Origin: Octopus sinensis
Lineage: Eukaryota
Assembly: GCF_006345805.1 (NCBI RefSeq)
Contig: NW_021823685.1
Span: forward strand, 1 to 23,635
Direction of reading: 5' to 3'
DNA length: 23,635 nt
Made by a program: the position numbers and the translations under genes. The notes below the pieces were generated by a model that saw only the letters and a program-made list of their open reading frames with translations, was not told the origin of the DNA and did not search any database. This document shows, piece by piece, positions 1-8,842 of this stretch. The first letter of the stretch is position 1. The number at the start of each line of letters is the position of its first letter.

Positions 1-55
1 CCGCAGGAGCTAGCTTAAATGTACGTATGGAGTGCAGCCTTTAATCTAGTATATA

Positions 56-452
56 TCTTTATATATAAAAGTGAAGTTGTGTGTCTGTCTCCTACGATTT
101 AGATTCCTAACTACTCCCACATTTTGCGGTGCAGTTTAACCGAAACCAGGTATCTTATAGTCGTGATTCATATCGAGCCCTTCTGGGTATTAGTACGCGT
201 CTACGATGAGTCTACGATTTTAAAAAAATTAACCATAATTTTTTTCCATTTTAATGCATTTTTTCGCTATTATATAAGGGAAGTAACTCTCTAAAAATGT
301 CTGCGATGAGTCAACGATTTAAAAAAAAATTTACCATAATTTTTTTTCCATTTTTAATGCATGTTTTTGCTATTTTTTGGCTATAACTCTCTAAAAATGC
401 TTATATAGTTATTTCCCTTAAAAACCCGAGCAACGCCAGGTGATACTGCTAG
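56..452 (+). mobile_element. Non-autonomous Helitron, apparently complete (~400 bp)
   Basis: 5' A|TC start (TCTTTATATATAAAAG followed by GTGTGTCTGTCT). The 3' end has a GC hairpin-like CCCGAGCAACGCCAGG about 10 nt before CTAG|T (449-453). Inserted between A and T with no TSD. Internal ~100 bp tandem duplication (199-298 / 299-398). Confidence 0.8.
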
Positions 453-517
453 TGTAATATATGGTATAATTATAAACAGGGCGAATTTTAGCCATTTCTC
501 CACAGACTGAAAAAGGG

Positions 518-573
518 ATGAACAACCTTAATCGATTTTCGAACCTTATTGGGTTATCATCAGAGATGTCCAT
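518..573 (-). ncRNA. Type I hammerhead ribozyme (minimal, Penelope/retrozyme-type), nearly intact
   Basis: Minus strand reads AUGGACAUCU CUGAUGA UAACC CAAUAA GGUUC GAA AAUCGAUU A AGGUUGUUCAU. Both core boxes are intact. Stem II is AACC/GGUU with a U.C mismatch at its base. Stem III is the palindrome AAUCGAUU and the cleavage triplet is UUA. Stem I has 10 bp including 2 G-U pairs, plus one bulge. Confidence 0.72.
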
Positions 574-581
574 ATATATAT

Positions 582-650
582 ATTACTCTCTTTCATACTA
601 CTCTTATTTTGGTCATTGAATTGCAACCATGATGGAGCAACACCCTGAAG
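582..650 (-). mobile_element. Decayed 3' fragment of SINE family 1
   Basis: ACTCTTATTTTGGTCATTGAATTGCAACCATGATGGAGCA resembles the reverse-complement SINE tail at 9434-9480. Confidence 0.45.
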
Positions 651-1164
651 AGTGTCGTCTGCTCGCTGCATCACCCAATTACTATGCCATCATATATGGT
701 GTGTTATCTTCATTGTGTTGTCTCCTCAATGTGTGGTCTCTTTCCTCCTTTGTAAGAGGCTTTCTCAGTGTGTGGTTGCCTAGTGTGTGGTCTTTGTGTA
801 TCGTCTGCTCACTGTATCGTCTGCTCACTGTATCGTCTGCTCACTGTATCGTCTGCTCACTGTATTGTCTGCTCACTGCATCTTGTCATTACCGCGTCCT
901 CTGCTCACTTTGTCATGTCTTTGCCATGTGTTCTCTTTACATTTATCTTTTCATCGTGCCATCACTTACTGTGTCTTCTCTCCTTACTGCACGCTCTCTT
1001 TGTAGTGTCGTCTGCTCGCTGCATCCTCTATACACTATGCCATCATATATGGCGTGTTCTCTTCATTGTGTCGTCTCCTCAATGTGTGGTCTCTTTCCTC
1101 CTTTGTAAGAGGCTTTCTCAGTGTGTGGTTGCCCAGTGTGTGGTCTTTGTGTAACGTCTGCTCA
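651..1164. repeat. Degenerate minisatellite with 161 bp direct repeat
   Basis: TGTATCGTCTGCTCAC x5 at 797-876. Segment 651-811 is repeated at 1004-1164 (period 353). Confidence 0.8.
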
Positions 1165-1284
1165 GTAAGCAATTTCCTTACTATTTATTTTTCTTTCTCT
1201 GTCACATGCTCAGAGCGCCAACATCTCAATGTCTGATCAACTCAGCGAGTCGTCTGTTTAATGTGTTGTAGGCAAAATTTTCCC

Positions 1285-1320
<36 letters not shown>

Positions 1321-1499
1321 AGTCAGTCAGTTTCTCTCACCCTCTCACAATTCCTCAGTCTTTCTTCGCCATTTCTTTAATATATATTTCTTCTGGCAAT
1401 TCTTCACAATTCTTTGATTGTTTTTCCCTGTCACCCTTCAACTTCCTAAGTTTCCGAAAACATGCACGTCTTCTTAAATATCGAAGTATATGAATGCAT

Positions 1500-1505
1500 A
1501 CGTGC

Positions 1506-1542
<37 letters not shown>

Positions 1543-2420
1543 TAAGAGTGCATATATATGTGAGTTTGTGTGTGTGAGTGAGAGTGCATATATATGTGTG
1601 TGTGTGTGAATGAGAGTGCATATATATGTGTGTGTGTGTGTGAATGAGAGTGCATATATATGTGTGTGTGTGTGATTGCATATATATATGTGTGTGTGTG
1701 TGTGTGTGAGTGAGAGTGCATATATATGTGTGTGTGTGTGTGTGTGAGTGAGAGTGCATATATATGTGTGTGTGTGTGAATGAGAGTGCATATATATGTG
1801 TGTGTGTGTGATTGCATATATATGTCTGTGTGTGGTTGTGGTGTGAGTGAGAGTGCATATATATGTGTGTGTGTGTGTTTGAGTGAGAGTGCATATATGT
1901 GTGGTGTGTGTGGTGTGTGAGTGAGAGTGCATATAATGGGTGTGTGGGGTGTGTGAGTGAGAGTGCATATATGTGTGTGTGTGTGTGAATGAGAGTGCAT
2001 ATATATATATGTATGTGTGTGTGTGCGCGTGCGTGTGTGTGTGTGTGTGTTTTAGCATGTCTGTATGTGTATGCGTGCACAAACGTGGACTTGTGTGTAT
2101 TTATATAATATGCACTTACACATGTATATTATATACACACACACACAAACCCACGCTCATGCGCACATATATAGATACACATCTATGTACATACATGCAT
2201 ATATATGTGTGTGTGTGTGGTGTGTGTACATATATGTTATGTGTGTATATGTGAATGTGTGTGAATGTTTGTGCGGGGTGTTGTTATATTTGCAAAAAAT
2301 TTATGATACATACACATATGTATATACATTTATATACATACATATTATATATATATATATTATATATATATATATATATATTCTATATATACATATATAT
2401 TATATATATCATTATTCATA

Positions 2421-2454
<34 letters not shown>

Positions 2455-2456
2455 TC

Positions 2457-2532
<76 letters not shown>

Positions 2533-2860
2533 ATATATATATATGCATACACACACATGCTTTATTATATAATATAGCATACACACACATGCTTATACAT
2601 ATAGATATGCACACATCCACACATATATTCATCATATATAAGCATGTTTAAATATATATATATGCACACACACACACATATATATACACACACACACATA
2701 TATGCACACACACACACATATATATACATACACATATACACACACACACACATACACACACACACACACACACATATATATACACTCACACGCATACATG
2801 CACATATATCTTCACACACACACACACACGTGCACACGTATACATACACACACATACATA
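1500..2860. repeat. Compound micro/minisatellite: GAGAGTGCA(TA)n(TG)n units, then (TA)n and (CA)n
   Basis: Repeated GAGAGTGCATATATATGTGTG units at 1540-2010, followed by TA/CA dinucleotide tracts. Confidence 0.9.
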
Positions 2861-3416
2861 CGTCACCCTTTCCAGCTAGTTATTTATTTACACAAGTCAG
2901 AAACCAATAGAATTACGTAAATAGCCGACCATCACCGGAGATGACATGATGACATGCGTTTATGGCAACTGTTGATAACATTTCTATTTATTTTACAAGT
3001 TGGTCTTCTTCCTGATATTCCGGTATTTTCTGAAACAGACAGACTCCCTTCCTTATACGCCATACACAGACAGGAACTGTGTCTCTACTTTGCCTCATGA
3101 TTGGTTCATGAATATAGTCAATATTGTAATGAGGGATAATAAAGTGTGTGTGTGTATACATATAATATAAAGTCTGTTGATGGCTTAGCTGACAAAACTT
3201 CGAAATTACTGCCAAGACTATTCTTGTTAAAGGATAAGTTTGTACTCTACCAAATGTATTGAGTAGTCCTTCAGTTTAAAGTAGAATTCTTTTTATTATG
3301 ATGTAGCAAAAACAAGCAACTTTGCACAGAGTACAAACGACAGAACAAATTGAAGCAGAAGAGGCTATTTTGCTGTTTGTATGAATCCATATGTATATAT
3401 ATATATATATATATAT

Positions 3417-3773
3417 GTGCCGGTGGCACATAAAAAGCGCCATCCGAACAGCGCCGCCTCGACTGGCTTCTGTGCCGGTGGCACATAAAAAGCACCATCC
3501 GAACGTGGCTGATGCCAGCGCTGCCTTGACTGGCTTCCATGCCGGTGGCATGTTAAAAGCACCAACCAATCGTGGCCAATGCCAGACTCCCCTGGCACCT
3601 GTGCCGGTGGCATGTAAAAAGCACCCACTACACTCGCGGAGTGATTGGCGTTAGGAAGGGCATCCAGCTGTAGATCAGACTGGAGCCTGATGCAGCCCCT
3701 GGCTTCCCAGACCCCGGTCAAACCGTCCAACCTGTGCTAGCACGGAAAACGGATGTTAAACGATGATGATGAT
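3417..3773 (+). mobile_element. SINE family 2, 3' portion with (GAT)n tail
   Basis: Four internal TGCCGGTGGCA..TAAAA repeats, then GGCGTTAGGAAGGGCATCCAGC...AAACCGTCCAACC...(GAT)n. Inserted in (TA)n. The same sequence occurs inverted at 21271-21700. Confidence 0.8.
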
Positions 3774-3978
3774 ATATATATATATATATACGAGCAAAAC
3801 GCCCCTCGTCCAATGGATGGTGCTGAGTTGTCAAACATTTAAACCAAATTTTCTCAAAACAACTTGTCCGACCGTCCGATAGGCCTTCCCTTTGAGAAAC
3901 ACTGATTTAACCTAAATTTGAGACGCCAGCAAAAGAAGAAATAAAGATAGACATTTTTTTCTATTCCAAAGAAAAACA

Positions 3979-4396
3979 GGATCTTTTTGGTTTGACCGGC
4001 AGTTTTTTTAAATAATTTCACAAACTAAACACTTTTAAACTTCGTATACTGGTAGAATGTTTTTAAAAAAAACATCTTTTTGTTTTGGCTTTATTGAGAA
4101 ATTCTATAGTTTGTAAGATATTTGGTTGTTTTTTTTCTTCAATTTCTGCAATTTCAACACTCAATGACGTCTAATTGGAGGTGAAAACATCTGTGTGCGT
4201 ATGAATATTCCCTCGTTTAAAAAACAGATTGGGTTTATTTACATTTCTGAAGAAAAGAAGATACCCTTTCCCCCCACCACTAACCCTAACCCTAAAACAG
4301 ATTGAAATGCAATAGATCGATACTAGGGTCATAATTATGGGTGACAATTTCATATGACACCGCTAGAAAAACCTGCCGTTCAAACCGAAAAGATCT
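3979..4396. mobile_element. MITE with ~28 bp TIRs and internal (CCCTAA)n
   Basis: Left end GATCTTTTTGGTTTGACCGGCAGTTTTT; right-end reverse complement GATCTTTTCGGTTTGAACGGCAGGTTTTT. Flanks are CA / TA, a possible decayed TA TSD. CACTAA-CCCTAA-CCCTAA at 4278-4295. Confidence 0.8.
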
Positions 4397-5023
4397 TAGT
4401 ACCTTAACTGCCAATTATATACCCATGTGGGTCTATTTACATTTCTGAAGAAAAAAGAAACCCTTCCCCCCACCCCTAACCCTAACCCTAACCCCACATA
4501 TATATAAAAAAAAATTTACGGAAAGTGACGATCTTCTTCAAATGTAAACAAATAGACGTGATGTAAACGGTACTCATATCAAAAGAATGCCAGATAAGTT
4601 TATACTCTACCAAAGGTATTGAGTAATCCTTCGGTTTAAAGTAGAATTCTTTATGATACGAAAACAAGCATTAATATAATATGTATTTAGAGAGGCAATT
4701 ATGCAGATAAACAAATTAAATGTAACAGCTTGGGTTTGATATACAAAACATATACGTATATAACCTCAATATAATTGAAAACTATAGGCAATAAAAAAAA
4801 CTACTTTTAACCATAGGCTGAAACAGCTGTAAGGAGTGATTTTAATGATTTCAGTAATTTATATTATAATTTTATAATTTGTATTCTTATCTTATATGTA
4901 TTGAATTATAAGGCATATATGTGTGCTATTAAGATTCTCATTTTGTTAAATGAATTAATAAGTCAACATTCTAATATCCGAAAGTTGATGAACAAACTAA
5001 ATTGTTTCTCCATTTCTTATTTG

Positions 5024-5068
<45 letters not shown>

Positions 5069-5228
5069 CAGATAGAAACGAAACCTGAAGCTTTTCAGAC
5101 AGTGAATATTTGAGTATAAATATAGGGATATTTATAGATTAAAAGATTAAACTTAGCACAGAGTACAAACGACAGAACAAATTAAATCAGAAGAGGCCAT
5201 TTTGCTGTTTGTATGAATCCATATATAT

Positions 5229-5715
5229 CACCCAAAATTGCGAGGATGATCCGGTTCTTGACTGAAGAAAAAAGGCTTTGAATGACCCGTCCGTGTTTGT
5301 ATTGTCTATCTAGATGTTTTGTTGCCCCTATTGTATCACCTAGTTGTCTGGATGTTTTGCGTTCTTGTTCCATGTGAACATTATGTAGCAAGCCATAGAA
5401 AAGTTTTTGTCCGTCTTGAGGCTGATTGATTTTCCTTGTCTTTCCTGATGAGAAGACGGCATAATGCACACTTTATTCCTTCGGAATTAAGAATATGCAG
5501 TCTTCGAAACATGTGTTGAAAGTAAAGGAATTGTGTTAAAATCTTCGTTCGACTCCATTCTTTTATTCATTTTAAATAATACACAATTACCACACAAGAA
5601 CACGGGGTTTCTACCCCTTGGCATGTAGCTTCAACCCGTGTTTTCTGATGTGAATTTGCTACCCAGTATCGATTAACCGAATTATCAATACTAGGATAAT
5701 TCATTCACCTACTTA

Positions 5716-5718
<3 letters not shown>
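5229..5718 (+). mobile_element. Hammerhead-bearing non-coding retroelement fragment (Penelope-like pLTR or retrozyme-like) inserted in (TA)n
   Basis: Absent from the equivalent (TA)n site of duplicate copy A. Contains the ribozyme at 5432-5530. Its 3' half is homologous to 7697-7929 (-), sharing AATCTTCGTTC.ACTCCATT and TGTGA.TT(T)TGCTACC...GTATCG.TTAA. Confidence 0.7.
5432..5530 (+). ncRNA. Type I hammerhead ribozyme, intact core, extended stem II
   Basis: Stem I is CUUUC/GAAAG, extended by UUCCUU/AAGGAA beyond a 2x2 internal loop. CUGAUGA at 5445-5451. Stem II is GAAGAC/GUCUUC plus GCAUA/UAUGC plus a distal CUUUAUUCC/GGAAUUAAG hairpin. GAAA at 5506-5509. Stem III is ACAUGUGU (palindrome ACACGUGU with one CpG-type change). 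GUU cleavage triplet ends at 5517. Confidence 0.85.
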
Positions 5719-5762
<44 letters not shown>

Positions 5763-6099
5763 GTAAATCGCCCCCTCCCCGTCTAATGGACAGTACTGAG
5801 TTGTCAAACATTTAAACCAGGTTTTCTCAAAGCAACTTGTCCGACCGTCCCATAGGCCTCCTCTTTGAGAAACACTGATTTAACTTAAATTTGAGACAAC
5901 CAGCAAAGAAGAAATAAAGATAGACTTTTTTTTCTATTCCAAAGAAAAACGATTTTATTCACACAAATATGCCACCGAAGAGTTAAAGTACCAGTAATGA
6001 TAGGCTGTTGACTGGGAGAAACAAAACATGGTTTAAACAGTAAGCTTGGCAGGAAGAAACGTGCCTTTAAGCAGTACAAAAACAACAAAAAAAATGGAA

Positions 6100-6272
6100 G
6101 GTGAAATTATGCATTCTCACCTGGAATCGATTTTTGTAATTTTTTCAAGACTTATACAAGCCCTGATATCGTCGGTATCTACATATCAAATTTGAGCGCA
6201 ATCGGATGGAGGATGCCCGAGATCCTAGAAGACACACACAGAGACAGACAGAATGGATTTTATATTATATAT
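6100..6272 (-). mobile_element. Probable Helitron/Helentron-like 5' end
   Basis: Minus strand TATATAATATAAAATCC-ATTCTGTCTGTCTCTGTGTGTGTC...CCGATTGCGCTCAAATTTG has the same layout as the Helitron 5' end at 56. Terminal TC not clear and no 3' CTAG found. Confidence 0.45.
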
Positions 6273-6866
6273 ATTCCTTTGTTCTGTTATTCTTTTACTT
6301 GTTTCAGTCATGTGACTGTGGCTATCTACCGCTTCTAATAATCTCTACAAGCATTCGAGGGAGTCTATTACCAACTCATTTTTGGTGCTTATTGTACCTG
6401 CACATTTGCCACACACAAAGACTATATTATCCATTAACCTTCTTGTGATACCACTACACTTCTCATGCATCCAAAACTTGCACTAGGTTTGTATGGAGTT
6501 TCTACCAACACCCTTCTTACATATCAAGCAAGGCCATCTCCCAGAAAGGACCTGTGATATATATATATATATATAACTTAGAAAGGTTTTGGCCAGTATT
6601 GGCCCAGGCCATGTCTAACTTAATAGCACCAATATATATAAATATATATATTGGAAGGTTTGGAGATGATGTACAGGTATTATATATTAGAAGAAATGAG
6701 GTAATCAGAAGATCGGATGGTTCATATTTATAGATATTTATTTATATATTACATTTTTTACATATATATATCATATCATTCAGATCATATCATTCAGATT
6801 ATTAGCGCTTTCTCCCATTCTAGTGGGGTTTTCAAATCAATATATATATATATATATATATATAAC

Positions 6867-7075
6867 AATAAGAAAATGGAGAAATACACCTTAATCAAAA
6901 TCAACTACCAGATAATACCCAATCACATAATTTATTAAACCACTACATATGAACATTAAGGTCAAACATAATAATTTGACCTTAATGTTCATATGTAGTG
7001 GTTTAATAAATTATGTGATTGGATATTATCTGGTAGTTGATTATTGATTAAGATGTATTTCTCCATTTTCTTATT
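6867..7075. repeat. Near-perfect fold-back palindrome, 100 bp arms, 8 nt spacer
   Basis: 6867-6966 vs reverse complement of 6975-7075 differ by 2 substitutions and 1 indel. Spacer is CATAATAA. Confidence 0.95.
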
Positions 7076-7276
7076 TTGTATTATTAATTTGTGGTAAAAC
7101 ATTTTACCTTTGCCCATATAATACAGTAAATGAATTGATTGCATCGCAATCCTTAACATTTATGTATTAACTTTGTTGGGTGCTTCACCAGCAGTATATT
7201 GGATATATGTTATCCCGTGGAGGGTTGCATTTACAACCCCTATCTCAATTTATATATATATATATATATATATATA

Positions 7277-7680
7277 CAGGAGTGGCTGTGTGGTAAGTAG
7301 CTTGCTTACCAGCCACATGGTTCTGGGTTCAGTCCCACTGCGTGGCACCTTGGGCAAGTGTCTTCTACTATAGCCTCGGGCTGACCAAAGCCTTGTGAGT
7401 GGATTTGGTCGACGGAAACTGAAAGAAGCCCGTCGTATATATGTATATATATATATGCGTGTGTATGTTTGTGTGTCTGTGTTTGTCCCCCTAGCATTGC
7501 TTGACAACCGATGCTGGTGTGTTTATGTCGCCATTACTTAGCGGTTCGGCAAAAGAGGCCGATAGAATAAGTACTGGGCTTACAAAAGAATAAGTCCCGG
7601 GGTCGAGTTGCTCGACTAAAGGCGGTGCTCCAGCATGGCCGCAGTCAAATGACTGAAACAAGTAAAAGAGTAAAAGAGTA
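7277..7680 (+). mobile_element. tRNA-derived SINE family 1, near full length
   Basis: Pol III A-box-like TGGCTGTGTGG, B-box-like GGTTCAGTCCC, central (TA)/(TG) tract and (AAAAGAGT)n tail. Near-identical copies at 9422, 10354 and 12892. Confidence 0.9.
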
Positions 7681-7696
7681 TATATATATATATATA

Positions 7697-7929
7697 TTGT
7701 GAAATAGAAAGATGAATAATCTTGTTGCAGAGTAATCAAAAGTTTAACCGATACCTTGGTAGCAAAAATCACAGCAGAAGACAGCACGGTTGGAGGTACA
7801 ACCATATGTGTTGCAACCATGCGTTGGTGGCGGATAATTGGAATTTTAATATTATTAGTGAATTGAAGAAATGGAGTTGAACGAAGATTGAACAGAAATC
7901 GTTTTATTGCATTCTACACGTGTTTCGAA
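7697..7929 (-). mobile_element. 5'-truncated copy of the hammerhead-bearing element family
   Basis: Minus strand begins TTCGAAACACGTGTAGAATG (3' half of a hammerhead) and then follows the same motifs as 5503-5718. Ends at (TA)n. Confidence 0.65.
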
Positions 7930-8028
7930 TTTGGTAAATTGTGGCTTTCGAAACACGTGTAGAATGCAATAAAACGATTTCTGTTCAATCTCGTTCAAAT
8001 CCATTTCTTCAATTCACTAATAATATTA
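7847..8028. repeat. Fold-back palindrome, ~83 bp arms, 17 nt spacer
   Basis: 7847-7929 vs reverse complement of 7947-8028 differ by 1 substitution and 1 indel. Confidence 0.95.
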
Positions 8029-8249
8029 TATATAATATTATATTATATATATATATAATATATACATATATACATATATATGATGGACTCACTCATCGTT
8101 AGATGATGTATGAGATTTGTTTATAGTGATCAATGTTTGTGTAGATATAATCTCACTCCTGCCATCAGATTGACATTACCTGTACAGGTGCAACTGGGTG
8201 CCACATGTTAGGTTCACATCAAAAATCTTGCAAAACAAATATATAAATG

Positions 8250-8298
<49 letters not shown>

Positions 8299-8520
8299 TA
8301 AGAGGAAAAAATCTATCAGAAAAGGAACTCTAATCTCTCTTTAAAAAATATATTTTGATAAGCATAACAAATGCGCAACCGGTAAAAAGAACTTTCACCT
8401 AATTAAATTACTTAAATTACTTAAATTATTTTGTCAGCATTTTCTTCATTTCCTTTTATATATCACAACTCGGTGTTCCACATCTCCTTTTTAAATATAT
8501 ATATATATATATATATTATG

Positions 8521-8662
<142 letters not shown>

Positions 8663-8842
8663 GTTGGGTTTTCCCATAATATGCTGTTTTTTCCAATTGT
8701 ATGAACTAAAAGTCAGAGGGGAATGGGATAAACCACCTGCATCAACTTACTATAAAAGTAGGTAGTAATCTTACCTTGTACTTATTCTTAGTAAAAGTTT
8801 AAAAATTGCAGTTCAATTTTACAGTTATTTTTTCAAGCTATA

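Larger units (their letters stand above)
3233..5950. repeat. Old local duplication (copy A 3233-3977, copy B 4593-5950) interrupted by different insertions
   Basis: Three blocks are shared in the same order in both copies: GATAAGTTT.TACTCTACCAAA...AAACAAGCA, then ACTT.GCACAGAGTACAAACG...TGAATCCATAT, then CTGAGTTGTCAAACATTTAAACC...CTATTCCAAAGAAAAAC. Confidence 0.85.

Noticed and set aside
1-50. CTAGT at 46-50 as the 3' end of another Helitron
   Set aside because: No convincing subterminal hairpin, and the window edge hides the context.
629-1236. Cys/Ser/Leu-rich ORFs, and a possible TRIM/LTR pair (TG...CA 161 bp repeats)
   Set aside because: The sequence is a degenerate minisatellite. The TG/CA ends come from the repeat unit, and there is no PBS, PPT or TSD.
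1355-2920. Long His/Thr/Tyr/Ile- or Val/Cys-rich ORFs (also at 10977-12465, 16504-17419, 22821-23194)
   Set aside because: Translations of (CA)n/(TA)n microsatellites, open in several frames on both strands, with no domain content.
4461-4495. Chromosome end or telomere-healing site
   Set aside because: Only 2-3 hexamers, embedded in a repeated transposon-associated module.
7277-7350. tRNA gene
   Set aside because: The A/B boxes belong to a multicopy SINE head. No complete cloverleaf is evident.
7306-7820. Recurring ORFs ending EDTCPRCHAVGLNPEPCGW or containing FDCGHAGAPP (also at 9291-9801, 12925-13143)
   Set aside because: Antisense translations of SINE family 1.
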